Assembly (NCBI RefSeq): GCF_001194135.2
Contig: NC_068990.1
Span: 57,469,518-57,533,517 of the forward strand
Length of the DNA: 64,000 nucleotides
Direction of reading: 5' to 3'
Source of the DNA: Octopus bimaculoides
Taxonomy: Eukaryota
Position 1 is the stretch's first letter. The number at the start of each line of letters is the position of its first letter. The notes below the pieces were generated by a model. That model was not told where the DNA came from and did no database searches. It was given only the letters and a program-made list of their open reading frames with translations. A program made the position numbers and the translations under genes. Below are positions 47,437 through 61,585 of this stretch, in pieces.

Positions 47437-49289
47437 AGAATATTTAGTTGAAAACATGCTTACTTACATTCTTTCTTTCTTTTCAAAATGGTCCAAAAAC
47501 ACTCTAAAAATTATATAATTAAACGCTGTGTTTCTGCTTCATTGGAACTTCTTCTCATAATAGAGAAAGAAGAATATTCCTCAAGACATATTGGCAATCA
47601 GTTTGATAAAATAAATTAGAAAATATTACAAAGTTTACATCAGAAGCAAATGTTCAAAATGTCTTTATTGTGGGTATTGTCAGAACCCATAAACATATCG
47701 ATAATTTTGATATCATTCCAAGATACATACATATATATATATATATACATATATATTCATTTTGTATTGTGTGTTTTTTGTTGTTGTTTTTTGTTTTCTT
47801 TTTACTTTGTTGAGAGAATATTGTTTTTTTTGCATCATTGGTTGATAATTGCTGGCGAATGTTCTAATATGCTAAGTGTCGTTACAACTGCTTTTCAACA
47901 CATGTCTTTGTTGATCAAATTGTAAAACTGCCAATAAGATATGGAAGTACATCCAATAATATGTATGTATGTATGTATGTATGTGTATGCATATATGTAT
48001 GTATGTATGCAGAAAAAACTGAATGCATTTATATATACATTGTGATTATGCCTTCATTAGACATAGCCATTAAATTGTTTCATATCATTCAAAATAAGAT
48101 GTTTGTATACTTGTGATGGTGTTGGTGGTGGTAGTAGTGGTACCAGTGGCAGCAGTGGTGTTGTGGTGGTGTTGGTGGTGGTGGGGATGCGTGGATGGTG
48201 TCTATTCTATTCTCTGATCACCACTGATGATTCTGGCTTATTGATACTTAAGCTAAGTCAATCCCAAGATGAACTATGACACTCAGATATATTATTCCAA
48301 ATATACTATGTCCTTATGTACCTGGAGATCATACAACAAGCACTGACTGTATAATAAAAAGTGAATATGTGTGTATATGTGTACGTATGTGTTTATGTAT
48401 GTCAATGTTTGTGTGTGTGTGCGTGCAGCGCATGCATGTGTGTGTGTGCATGCATGTGTGTATGTATTTTATTGTTGTTGTTTAACCCCAGGTCAGCTCT
48501 AATATGGTTAAAAGCCACTCTAACAATTACCATATTGTCTGTATTTTTAGAATTTATTTTATCCCATGCTGGGTGTGATTTGATATAGCTGTAGCTGCTA
48601 TTTTTAGCATGTTGAACAACTGTGTAGACGCTCATTGACTTGCACTATAAGTAGAAGATGTGCTGTACTGCTTTTTGTCTATTTTTTACAAAGAGTACAA
48701 GAATCCCTGCCTCAGTGAGCTAACAATTTTCATACCATCCTCTCACATGGCAACCTGATTAATTCAACTCCCTCTTCTTGTTTCATTATCGTATCATTAT
48801 TGCATCACTTATCCTCCAGACTCGAAGTTATATAATTTTGGAAAAGTATGTTCAGTAGAAATTCAAGTGGAACATTAATCATGTGAACATTGTTCGAAAA
48901 TAATTGTTCAAAAACAATTATTCAAAAAACACTGATTTGAATGTCAATATGGTGAGGCAGTTGATGAAATTAACCTCAGAATATCTCTTGTACTCATTTT
49001 ATTGATACTAGGGAGAGTGAAAGACAAAGTTGGCTGTGATAGGATTTGGCAGTCTTTGTTATATTAGTAAATTATATTAATTAAAATTATAGAAGAGAAT
49101 ATTCAATTGAATCAATGTCCAGTGTATTACTGAATGTTATTGCATCTATCTTGGAAGAAGGGAAAGCAACATCTATATAGGCAGGGCTTAAACCCAGAAA
49201 GTGAAGAGTTGGCAGTCTATTCCTTCATAAAAGGTACATATTCAGAAACAATTTTCTATATTTATGTAGATAAACATAGGTGCACACAT

Positions 49290-49437
49290 ACCTATGTGGT
49301 AAGAAGCTCGCTTCCCAACCACAAGGTGCCAGGTTCACTCCCATTGTGTGGCACCTTGGGTAAATGTCTTGTACTATAGCCTCAATCAGACCAAAGTCTT
49401 GTGAGTAGATTTAGTACACAGAAATTGAAAAGAAGCC

Positions 49438-49491
<54 letters not shown>

Positions 49492-50148
49492 NNNNNNNNN
49501 NNNNNNNNNNNNNNNNNNNNNNNNNNNNNNNNNNNNNNNNNNNNNNNNNNNNNNNNNNNNNNNNNNNNNNNNNNNNNNNNNNNNNNNNNNNNNNNNNNNN
49601 NNNNNNNNNNNNNNNNNNNNNNNNNNNNNNNNNNNNNNNNNNNNNNNNNNNNNNNNNNNNNNNNNNNNNNNNNNNNNNNNNNNNNNNNNNNNNNNNNNNN
49701 NNNNNNNNNNNNNNNNNNNNNNNNNNNNNNNNNNNNNNNNNNNNNNNNNNNNNNNNNNNNNNNNNNNNNNNNNNNNNNNNNNNNNNNNNNNNNNNNNNNN
49801 NNNNNNNNNNNNNNNNNNNNNNNNNNNNNNNNNNNNNNNNNNNNNNNNNNNNNNNNNNNNNNNNNNNNNNNNNNNNNNNNNNNNNNNNNNNNNNNNNNNN
49901 NNNNNNNNNNNNNNNNNNNNNNNNNNNNNNNNNNNNNNNNNNNNNNNNNNNNNNNNNNNNNNNNNNNNNNNNNNNNNNNNNNNNNNNNNNNNNNNNNNNN
50001 NNNNNNNNNNNNNNNNNNNNNNNNNNNNNNNNNNNNNNNNNNNNNNNNNNNNNNNNNNNNNNNNNNNNNNNNNNNNNNNNNNNNNNNNNNNNNNNNNNNN
50101 NNNNNNNNNNNNNNNNNNNNNNNNNNNNNNNNNNNNNNNNNNNNNNNN

Positions 50149-50189
<41 letters not shown>

Positions 50190-50455
50190 ATATATATACA
50201 CACATATATATTTACATATATATCTGCATGTGTGTGTGTGTGTCTTTGTGTCTGTGTTTGTTCCTCGTCACTGCTTGGCAGCTGGTGTTGGTGTGTTGAC
50301 ATCCCAATAACATAGCCAGTTCAGCAAAAGAGACTGATAGGATAAGTACCAGACTTTAAGGAAAAAATGTCCTGGAGTTGATTGGCTTGATTAAAAAATT
50401 CCTTCAAGGCTGTGCTCCAGCATGGCCGCAGTCTAATGACTGAAAGAAGTATGAG
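49290..50455 (+). mobile_element. SINE family A whose internal (TA)n contains a 657-bp assembly gap
   Basis: Head at 49290-49440, gap 49492-50148, body and tail at 50230-50455. Confidence 0.82.
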
Positions 50456-51310
50456 ATTGAAGACATACTGCAAAGCATTTTGAGTTCTGCAAATTCTGCT
50501 ATACATCACTCTTTGATGATTAATGATATTGAAAATATATAACCTCATAGCATCTACAAGTGGTTATTAAGTAGAGAAAACTCTAGAAGATTTATATAAC
50601 ATTAAAATCCAAATCAAAATATATTTAACTTATCAATGATGAACCAGTAGCGATAATTGGTTTAAAGAAGTTGTGGATACAGTTAAAATATGATTACAAC
50701 ATTTCTCTTAGACAGGTAATTTCACTCTTAGGTTGGCTGAAGAGAACTATTGTTAGTTTAATAACAATCATTTTAATTGATATTCTGCCATTACTAATGA
50801 AATTAAATATACTGAAATTAAATATCTTTTTTTTTTTTTTTTTTTTTAAATAAAATTTCAGTGGGAATTTTATCAAGAACTATTAGCTCTAGAACAGTTG
50901 CTATTCAAAAGCAACTGAAATTTTGAATTTCTGGAAGGCATTTGTCCTGAAGCATTAACAACATTTTGCTGTAGTCTGATATATATTAATTACGCCAATC
51001 AAAGTTAAATGAAGAGAAACAGAATATTTATCAAATCACATGTTCGAGTGATTACTTTAAGTTTTAAATCAAATGAATGTTATGTGAATTGTTAGATATG
51101 CTTGAAAAGTCAAAGAAGTCTAATGATTTGAAACTCAAATGTCATTTACTGATTACTGAAATTACTATTATGAAGAAGTAATGACTTCTAGTTACTCCTA
51201 CTGTTCTCAAATTCACATGGCATCCACAAAATCATAGAAGCATGCACATGTTCATGAAACACTGCTATTGCATTGATAAATTAGAGAAGTTGTAAAACTT
51301 CATGACATGT

Positions 51311-51485
51311 AGGTGCAGGTGTGGCTTTGTGGTAAGAAATTTGCTTTTCAACCACATGGTCTCAGGTTCAATCCCACTGTGTGAAACCTTGGACAAGTGT
51401 CTTATACTGTAGTCTCAAGCAGACCAAAGCCTTGTGGGTGGGATTTGGAAGACAGAAACTGAAAGAAGCTGATTGACTATATGTC

Positions 51486-51500
<15 letters not shown>
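51311..51500 (+). mobile_element. SINE family A, 5' half
   Basis: aggtgcaggtgtggctttgtggt...gaaactgaaagaagc. Confidence 0.8.
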
Positions 51501-51520
<20 letters not shown>

Positions 51521-51594
51521 GGATGTTTGGATGTTTTGCATCCTTGTCCCATTCTGTATTATTTAGACTATATATATATATATATATATGTTGT

Positions 51595-51757
51595 AAAATA
51601 TATTTTCCAACTAAATGTGGCGGTCCCATAGAGGACGGTGTTACAGTTGTTTTTAGCCCCAGGAAGACTGGCTAATGACACATATCTTCCTGGGGCTAAA
51701 AACAACAGTAACATCGTCCTCTATGGGACTGCCACACTTAGTTGGCAAATATATTTT
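51595..51757. repeat. 163-bp hairpin (73-bp arms, 5 mismatches, 17-nt loop)
   Basis: Arm 51595-51667 vs 51685-51757, e.g. gttgtttttagccccaggaaga / tcttcctggggctaaaaacaac. Confidence 0.92.
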
Positions 51758-51817
51758 ATGATTCCATACTGTTACTGTTTACCTCTCACTCAGAGATTTA
51801 ATATGGCTATACACACG

Positions 51818-51857
<40 letters not shown>

Positions 51858-51859
51858 TA

Positions 51860-51966
51860 CAAGGTGTCCAAAAGGTCTGGGTACATGGAGTAAATAAAAT
51901 CATAACAAACAATTAGATATAAGAAATAATAATTTCTTAAAGTATGTGTCCTTTGTGGACACCCTG
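51860..51966. mobile_element. 107-bp Tc1/mariner-type MITE with TA TSD
   Basis: TA-caaggtgtccaaaagg ... cctttgtggacaccctg-TA. Confidence 0.75.
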
Positions 51967-52399
51967 TAGATAAATTAAATAGAGAGATACTATTGAGAAT
52001 CTAATAATTTATTTATATTATAATATGACATGATATAATNNNNNNNNNNTTAGACTGTCAGAAAAGGATGCCTGATTAAAGTTCTTCCAGTTCTATGTAT
52101 TCTGAGTTTTTGAATGGTAAATTTTATCTACGGCTTTGTTGAAAACACACTCTTGGTTTTGGGTACTTTGAACAGAGGCAAACCTGTTGCAAGCCTCTGG
52201 TTGATGATTACCTCCTTCTTCCTTACCAATTTCAGAAGGCTCTGAAAACTAGTAAATCATGTGTGCCGTTCTTTCCATGATGAAATAGTAAAAGTACAAA
52301 AAAAAAAAAGAAAGAAAGAACATGCTTGGTAGTACATATGCTTCTTTGTTTAATCATTTTTACATCTGTTTTTCCATGCTCACATAGGAGATATAATTA

Positions 52400-52790
52400 T
52401 ATTGTGTAAAGTCGAAAGTTTTGCAAAATTTGTGTAACTTAGTTGCTTTATTCATGAAGTTACAACAAACATCCCAAGCATTCAAAGTAGAGGCAACCGT
52501 GTTGCATTGAATAAAGCCACCTTTCTGCCAGTTCTTTGATTCCACACTGATACCAATGCTTGTTCTCTGAGGCAAAGAACTCGTTCACTGAAGCTTCTAC
52601 CTCTACTTGGCTGATGAAGTTTTGCAAGCACAGGATGTAAGCCATTGATCAGAAGAAGTAATAATCTGGGGTCAATAGTTTTCCATAATTCTAATGTGCA
52701 TAAACACAGATTATGCAAGGGCCAGCTTTTTGAACTTGTCACCAAACATGGGCATAAACTTGACAAATAAGGCAAGTAAGTTTCCAAAAT
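52400..52790 (-). pseudogene. Degenerate mariner transposase C-terminus
   Basis: QNFISQVEVEASVNEFFASENKHWYQCGIKELAERWLYSMQHGCLYFE. Upstream, decayed YSPD..PSDYH-like sequence (attgaccccagattattacttc). Confidence 0.72.
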
Positions 52791-52792
52791 AT

Positions 52793-53000
52793 TCCTTTTC
52801 TACAAGGTCCAAAATTTTTTGGGAGGGAGCCAGTCGATTAGATCGACCCACAGTACACAACTAGTACTTAATTTATCGACCCTGAAAGGATGAAAGATAA
52901 AGTTGAACTTGGCAGAATTTGAACTCAGAACATAAAGATAGATGAAATACTTCTAAGCATTTCACCTGGCATGCTAACATTTTTGCCAGCTCGCCACCTT
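52793..53000 (-). mobile_element. SINE family D
   Basis: Homologous to 42398-42598. Confidence 0.85.
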
Positions 53001-54298
53001 GAGTTTCCAAAATATTGCAAGACATTTGATTCAGCACACCAGTTTGTAGCAAACCAATAATTTATCATGCTAGCAAGGAAAAATAAAGTAAAACAAATAC
53101 ATACATACATACATATGCGTTAATGCATGTGTATATCTATAACTAGATGTATGTTTGAATGCTTGTTTGTTTGCTTGTATATGTATATAAAACAATAATG
53201 TTATGTTTACATTGCTTAAGAGCAATATGTTCTGAAGCTCTGCACTTTCAAAATCTACAGGAATAAAATAATCTTTACTTGACAAGCTGATAATGGTTGG
53301 TGACAGGAAAGGCATCGCACCAAAGTAAAATCTACCTCAAATTAGCAATCCCTTAATCTATGCCAATATGGAAAAAATAGATTCAATGTTCTATATAACA
53401 TGATAAATGAATATATTTTGTGCATACACACACACATATATATAAAATGTCCACATTTATATACACATGTGTGGGAAGTGGACATTAAACTATGATGATG
53501 ATGATGTGTGTGTGTGTGTGGGGGGGTGTAACTTCGTAATGTTTTGTTAACTATTGAATAGAACTTAAGATACCCCTGATGTTCAATTTCAAGATTTCAA
53601 GGTAAAGACAATATGTTCACTATCGGTATTTACAACATCAGCAACTATCTCTGATTAAAATAAAAGCTTTCAGTGCACTCTGTAACAATAACTTTCTCCT
53701 ATCAAACATTATCTGCAATGACATAATGTTTTCAATATGTTAGGCATTGTGAAATTAAAATATTTTCAGAAATTTTACATAATAAGTGAATAAATTACTT
53801 TCCCAAAAGACAGAAATGTAGCTCAATATCTGACCAAAAGTTTAGGGCCTCATAAAACATCTTATTTACATTGAAGCAGTTGACATAAGATAAATCATGG
53901 AATATTTTAACATGCCACATTTTCACCTGAGTGGTTTGCGAGAAATAATCAAGTGAAATGAAATTGTAAGATGAATTGAAATGGTTCCCTGTGCGACTAT
54001 TTTGGAGCACTTTATCAGCTTAACTAATGCTAATAACAGTTATGTGGGCATTTATCATTTAAGCTAGAATATTCCAGCAGAAAACATTTCGTTATATCTC
54101 ATGTATGTTATGTGTGGTGAATACAGCAAGTTATAAAGTGTATGTCCTTTTAAGTGATAGTGTATACTTTCAAGAAATATTAGCTTTAAACAATGCAATA
54201 GAGTATATATTCATGTGTGTATGTGTAAATGTATATGTGTGTGCATGCATGTGTGTGTATGTGTGTAAATATATGTGTGCGTGTGTGTGTAGACATGC

Positions 54299-54351
<53 letters not shown>

Positions 54352-54882
54352 NNNNNNNNNNNNNNNNNNNNNNNNNNNNNNNNNNNNNNNNNNNNNNNNN
54401 NNNNNNNNNNNNNNNNNNNNNNNNNNNNNNNNNNNNNNNNNNNNNNNNNNNNNNNNNNNNNNNNNNNNNNNNNNNNNNNNNNNNNNNNNNNNNNNNNNNN
54501 NNNNNNNNNNNNNNNNNNNNNNNNNNNNNNNNNNNNNNNNNNNNNNNNNNNNNNNNNNNNNNNNNNNNNNNNNNNNNNNNNNNNNNNNNNNNNNNNNNNN
54601 NNNNNNNNNNNNNNNNNNNNNNNNNNNNNNNNNNNNNNNNNNNNNNNNNNNNNNNNNNNNNNNNNNNNNNNNNNNNNNNNNNNNNNNNNNNNNNNNNNNN
54701 NNNNNNNNNNNNNNNNNNNNNNNNNNNNNNNNNNNNNNNNNNNNNNNNNNNNNNNNNNNNNNNNNNNNNNNNNNNNNNNNNNNNNNNNNNNNNNNNNNNN
54801 NNNNNNNNNNNNNNNNNNNNNNNNNNNNNNNNNNNNNNNNNNNNNNNNNNNNNNNNNNNNNNNNNNNNNNNNNNNNNNNNNN

Positions 54883-54944
<62 letters not shown>

Positions 54945-56181
54945 ACACACAGTTATATTGGTTTGTTTCTTTTAGCCTCTGGAGAAAAATCTGTGTTATT
55001 TGTACCATTGTAATAAACACAGAATGCAAAAATTTCCTGCCAAGGACATTGTTTTATAGCAAATTTCTACTCACCAGCTGAGCAGATATGCAATACGGAC
55101 AATATGCATGGATGATATTTATTAACTAATCAAATGCTTAGAATGAGTGTGAAGGTTAATTCAGAGATCCATGCCAAACGTGCTTGACTTTTCAATCAAT
55201 AGTCCCTATGTGCTGATTCTTGTTGTTTTATTGATCATAGAGACTTAAAAATGATGTCATCTATTGAAGGATTGAAACTCAGAACTTTGTGTTTCAAAAC
55301 TATTAACTCCCAGACCACTCATCAATTGTCCAGGCATATCTAAAAACTAACTGATTATCTTTACTATAAACCACCTTGCCATAGTTTATTTTGCTTTTCT
55401 TTTTTGTTTTTGCTTTCCTTCATATTTTCTATAAGAATGGTTTGTTAGCAGAAGCATCAGTATTTTGCAGCTGTTGTTGCTGTTATTCTTGTCGTTGCTG
55501 TTATTATAGTTTAGGCCAAGCCAAATCTGATTGATAAACCCTATGATCAGAAGCATTCAGTTGTGGCTGTATCATCTTTTTAAGGGTAACTAGGGACTAC
55601 ATTATCTAATATACGCTTCTCTTGTTTAAGGCATTACAGGGTCATTCAGTTGCTGTTTTTCACAGATGTAGACACTCCCTTGTTAAAACGATTCTACATC
55701 TTTTCTCTGCAAAAGGTATGGATCATTTCCTTCGGCTTTTAACATACCAGAATGAAGAAGACTAAAATAGCAGACAAATTTCTCATCTGAACAATCAGGA
55801 TGGATATTTCAAACTTTCAGCAAATGGAAAGTGTGTGTGTTTGTGTGCGTGTATTTCTATCTATCTATCTGTCTATCTACCTATATATGTATAAACACTC
55901 TTTTATATTCATTAAGTGTACAGGAGTTGAAAGAACCTTGCATTCCTCCTGCCAGCTGGTGTGATATGTTAGGCAGTAACCAGATGATATATTTGAGCTG
56001 TGACTTAAAAGTACCCAAGTCCTATGATCATTTTCACCTCTCCCTGATGAACACAGTTTTTTCTGGTGACATTATATGAGAGTTAAACTTATGACACAAA
56101 GTTCGTACAGATACTGTCACAAATTTTGTATAATGTTCCTATTTTGTACAATGTTCCTCTGCCAATTCAATGCCATATGTA

Positions 56182-57368
56182 CACAGACATGACAGAAGTA
56201 AATAGACACACTCATAATCGTTAAAATTTATTTAAATTTGAAATTATTTGCTCAAATTATTTATCAATTATTATAATGGGAATATATCATATTTAGTAGA
56301 CATACTTTTCCCACTTTTCAATGCAAAGACCAATTAGGCATGCTACTAATCAGATGACAAATATTCTCTTGAGGAATTTCTTGCCAAGTTTCATGCAGTA
56401 ATCTCAAAAGATCTGCCATTGAGGATGCTTTCTTGTTCTTTTTCTGAAGTTTCCTGTCTATTATGCCCCAGAGATGTTCAATAGGGTTCATATCTGGTGA
56501 TTGGCTTGGCCATAGAAGCTCTTTAATGCCTTTTTCTTCCAACCAATCTTGTGTTTTTTAGCTGTGTGACAAGGAGCCCATCTTCCATAAATAAAGAATC
56601 TTCTTTAACCATTTCATCACTGGAGAAGACTGGAAGGAGTCTTTTCTGCAATATGGACACATATTTATCACACTCCACCAGTTCTGATCGACCATTGCTC
56701 CAAGTTGCTCTCCAGACCATCACAGAATAGCCACTGTTGTTTCAATGTTGCCTGCAATATTTTCATGTCAAATTCTTGATCACAGGCTCTCCAAACCCAC
56801 ACTTGACAACTGTCAGAAAATACAGCAAATCTGGACTCATCAGAGGATATGACAGTATCTCAAAATGCTAGTTGGCTCTCCATCATCACATTGGCCCAAT
56901 CTTTTCTCTGCTTGATATTTGCTGGTCAAAGAAGTAACTTCCTTCTTGCTGCTCTTCCATAGTAACCAAATTTGTGGAGATACCTGACAGCTGTTCTGGG
57001 ACTGACATCAACTTGTCATGCTATGTCAGAGGCCTTGCAACAAAGATCCTTCACACTTCTCTTAACAAAGAGAAGGGTCCTGTCGGAGGGCCCTGGTGAA
57101 TTGCACAATCATTCTATTAACTGTAGAAAGCAGGATCCCTAGCTTTCCAGCGATTTTACACTAAGTCCACCCTCAGTTTGACCAACAATAAAACCTCCTT
57201 GAAATTCTGACAGTCCCAAGGCTTCTTTTGTACATGATATCATCAAACAGTCACATATAGAACATGAAACATTAAATAACTATTAATAAAAAAAGTAAAC
57301 CTTTTCAAGTTAAAATAAACATAAAACAATATTTTATGGGGTCTCTATTTACTTCTGTCATGCCTGTG
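56182..57368 (-). mobile_element. Near full-length decayed Tc1 (DD34E) transposon with both TIRs and TA TSD
   Basis: TA-cacagacatgacagaagtaaatagac ... gtctctatttacttctgtcatgcctgtg-TA. Minus strand gives MVW, FMED (decayed QDN), WPSQSPDMNPIEHLW, W..IPQENICHLISSMP. Multiple frameshifts. Confidence 0.9.
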
Positions 57369-57384
57369 TATATTTCCCTTTTTT

Positions 57385-57803
57385 TACTTGATTCAGTCAT
57401 TACACTGCGGCTGTGTTGGGGCATCACCTTGAAAATTTTAGGTGATTGACACTTTTTTCAAAGCCCAGAATCTATCCAATCGAACTCTTTTGCTGAACCA
57501 CTACATTACGTGTATGTAAATAAACACACAACACCGGTTGTCAGGTGGCAGTGGGAGACGAACATAGACACACAAAAAACATGCACACACAAAACACATG
57601 CATGTACATGCATGCACAAGCACTCCTGCAGGCACACACTTGATAGGCTTTTTTCAGTCTCTGTCTGTCAAATCCACTCAAAAGGTTTTAGTCAGCCTGA
57701 AGCTTTTGGAGAAAGTGGTTGAGCAATATATGACACAGTGGGACTGAACCCAGAACCATGAGGTTGGGAAACAAACATCTTACCATGCTGCTGTGTCTGT
57801 GCT
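57385..57803 (-). mobile_element. SINE family A (older copy)
   Basis: Homologous to 19114-19558. Confidence 0.78.
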
Positions 57804-57811
57804 TAAATAAG

Positions 57812-57852
<41 letters not shown>

Positions 57853-58317
57853 CTATATGTATGTATGTATGCACAAGCATGTACATACACACTCACACAC
57901 ACCATATGATATAAAATTCCCTTTAACACTTAATAGAAACTGGCTAACAACTCAGATTATTTGGCCTTTTCCTTCTATCATTTTCTCTGGTGGCTTACCT
58001 CCACCCCTTAACTTTCATCTACATCCCCACTGCATTCATTAAACCTCATGACTTTAGACCCCACCACAGGAGATTGCCACACCTCAAGGATTCCCAGTTA
58101 ATTGGACTAATTTTCAAAATGCAGCCACCCAGACCACTTGAGGAGTTGTATGATGTGTGCTGAGATGATCAAACAGAATTAGCATAATATTTTGCCACTT
58201 TAAAAAAAACAAATATTTACTCATCTGTTGTCAATGAAATTTTTCTAAAAGATATGTCAATTTGCACAAACACACACACACACACACGATACCACACCAT
58301 ACCCACATATATATATA

Positions 58318-58345
58318 CAGTCGTGGCCAAAAGTTTGGAACATTT
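58318..58345 (+). mobile_element. Solo Tc1-type TIR
   Basis: TA-cagtcgtggccaaaagtttgg resembles the Tc1 TIR consensus. No partner end seen. Confidence 0.5.
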
Positions 58346-60494
58346 TTTAAAAAATTAAAATTATGTCCAAGTACAATTCAACTCAAATATATACAACATA
58401 GAGGTATACTTACTTAATAACTGAGCCAATGGTCTACTGGAGATATGGTAACCTAATAACTGATGGTCAATTACATAAATGGTCAGATATATATTAAATA
58501 TAACTTTGGGCATTTAATATAAGAATTCTGATATAAAATTTTTTTTTTTTTTCTATATACATAATTCTAATATAAAAATTTTCAGACCTATGTTCCAAAG
58601 TAATCTTATCATGCCAAGTATAGAAAATGGTTGTGGAACAAATGAACCATGAAGAAAACAAACAGAACATCAAATAATGAATAAAAGCAGTTAGTTTAAT
58701 ACTGTAAATAGAAAATGTTTACAGTGTTCTTCAGCAAAGAAAAGCAAAAGAGAAAAAGGGAATGAAAAGTAAATTCTAATGAGTAAAGAGAGTGGCAAAA
58801 TGGTAAAAGCCATGTATATAGTTTCATATTTACCCAGTTGAGAGTCACCTGGTGTCAACTCATGCTGTAGTTAACTTAAAAACAATTCCTGATCAATAAA
58901 TGGTATGATTAACATCTAACATATCCAGCTTTTGAAATAAGGAATTATTATTGGAGAAACTTCCAAGTAGAAATATTCATCAAAATATTTTGTATAAGAG
59001 ACATTTATCAAGATTAATTTAATGGAGTTTGGAATCACCAGACACTTTATGGATTTAGAAAGAAATATAAATATATTTCACCAGCTTAAAAGAAAAAAAA
59101 AGAATATCTATATATATATATATATGTGGAGCAGATTGTATTTTTACATGCTGCAGGGTTGAACATTTCATAATTTTTAGATTTTCTTTCCCATATATTC
59201 TTTATCATTTATTAAGATGAATGCATATTTTCTGTGACAGTAAAAGCATTATGTAACAAAGACAAACGAGAAAGATCTTCATACAAGTACCAACAATGGA
59301 TTTCTTGAAAGCTATCCAATTTAACTATCTTGATAATTTGGTAAGAAATTCTTTTATGCTTTCTCTACAAATCAGACATATTATTTTCTGTAGCTTTTCT
59401 TCAAATGGAGACCATTCATCTGGAGTAGACTGAACTTGCATGTTATATTCATTTGCTGTAATTGTTTAATCCTAAGTCAGTCCTGAGTAAGCAAACCTTT
59501 TCTTTCTTAAGCGAGATCCTTATCTAATCTCTCCAATCATTTTTAGGACTGCAAGGTAAGATTTTTGGGAGAGTTGGCTACTATTTCTAACAGGCTGAGT
59601 GACCATCAAGAGCAAGCATGGACAACTTCTCTTGAGAAGCTGTCTGCATGAGTCATAGATCACACCACTAAAAAGATTCACTACTGAAACAAATTTTCAA
59701 TCAGGTATGCTATTCAGGAAGTCTCATAGTCCAAATGTGACCCTAGGGTTCCAATTTGTCCATAACTGAACTAGAATTTCCCTATATACATGTGTATATG
59801 CTATACACATTTGTATGTAGCAGGTACCTAAATTTCTATGACTATGTTTAAATAATATACCAACATAAAATGCTCTTGAGACCAGCAAAGTCCTATTTTA
59901 ATTTAACAAGGATATTGCTTAAAGTGTGTAATTTATATTAGAAATATAATTTTCTGAATAATGAAGCAACAAATGTCATAATCTAGAGAGTGATATGGCA
60001 GTCCTGAAGAACTGAACATTGCACCGCAAACTTGTGAAATACTCATTAACTGTATGGTGCATCTGCTGCTTAGAATAGCGAATCGTGTTACACCATATAC
60101 TTATTTGTAATTAGATTGACTGAAAATTAAGTATGTTTGCCACAGACTAAAATGCAAAAGTGGAATGACAAATGTTCAGATGTTGGACTAACATGCTATC
60201 AACTTGACCAGTTTTTACAATGAAGCGTGTGCATATATGTATGTGTGTAAATATATCAATATATTGTGCTTGTGTGTGTGCATGTGTGTGTGTTGGGGGT
60301 GTTTGTGCATGTGTGTGTGTGTGTTTGGTTGGCAGAAGTTACAGAATGACTCAAGAGCTGAGCATATTGTGCATTGACAATTATCAGTGCAAGAAACTGC
60401 CATCACTTGAGTCACTCTGTAACTTCTGCTGATTATTATTAATAATTATATATATTTATATAAAAACATGCACACTCACACACACACACACATA

Positions 60495-60655
60495 TTCTGC
60501 TGAGTGGTTGGTGTTAGGAAGGGCATCTAGCTGTAAAAATCCTGCCAAAAAAGTCACAGAAGTTTGGTGCAGGTTTCAGCCTGCCTGGCTCTTGTGGTAC
60601 TGTCCCACCCATGCTAGTTTGGAAGATGGACGTTAAATGATGATGATGATTATGA
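60495..60655 (+). mobile_element. RTE-type 3' terminal fragment with (GAT)n tail
   Basis: gagtggttggtgttaggaagggcatc...ggacgttaaatgatgatgatg. Confidence 0.78.
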
Positions 60656-61418
60656 TGACATATATACATAGGAACCTTAATCCTAATTTCCTAATTTTCC
60701 CCTTCTATCAATGTTCACAGAACACCTCAGTACAACAAAGAATGAATAAAGAGGCAACTTCCATCAATAGATATCTTCCACAACTCAATATGAACACATA
60801 ACTTAATACAGAACACTACTAACCTTTCAATTAATACCACCCATACATCCCATACACCATTCACATTACAGATTTATATCTACCCTAATTGCACCAAATC
60901 CAGAACTACTTACCTCCCTTACACATAAACTTTTTACCCAGGGACTAGTAGACCCAACACCGTTCAGTAATTGGTGTGCATTCAAAGTAGTGGTCAGTAA
61001 TTTTACGAAACTGGTATGCTTTTGAACCTCTTTAACAATTCACAATAATGACTTTTATTACTTTTATTCCTACCCCAGTTCATCTAATTGTATATATCCA
61101 TTGTTAATTTTCGTAAAAAGCCTTTACTTTTTTTTGATTTCCAATGTGCATTTTCGCTTATTTTACTTCTTACTTTCCCCTTACATTACTATGTGTAGTT
61201 TCTGTTTTCTTTTTGTAACNNNNNNNNNNNNNNNNNNNNNNNNNNNNNNNNNNNNNNNNNNNNNNNNNNNNNNNNNNNNNNNNNNNNNNNNNNNNNNNNN
61301 NNNNNNNNNNNNNNNNNNNNNNNNNNNNNNNNNNNNNNNNNNNNNNNNNNNNNNNNNNNNNNNNNNNNNNNNNNNNNNNNNNNNNNNNNNNNNNNNNNNN
61401 NNNNNNNNNNNNNNNNNN

Positions 61419-61458
<40 letters not shown>

Positions 61459-61585
61459 TGACCTGTAGGGATGCAGTATTTCGTTATGCAAACATAATAT
61501 GCTATAAAGTATATCAAGTGATTTTTATAAGTCAATATTATATTCTACTGTGTTAGCAGTGCACTTTACATCACTACAGATATTC

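Larger units (their letters stand above)
5012..61418. other. Assembly gaps (N runs): 5012-5437, 6050-6323, 11118-11689, 22828-23033, 24521-24789, 27354-27437, 37284-38268, 49492-50148, 54352-54882, 61220-61418, plus several 10-30 N gaps
   Basis: Direct. Most are bounded by (TA)n or (CA)n. Confidence 0.97.

Noticed and set aside
50560-51300. Very AT-rich unique stretch considered as a possible mitochondrial insertion
   Set aside because: No mitochondrial gene, rRNA or tRNA motifs recognisable on either strand.
53795-54010. Minus-strand ORF with acceptor-like ccactcag| and donor aaa|gtaatt
   Set aside because: Moderate signals only, composition no different from the flanks and no recognisable domain.
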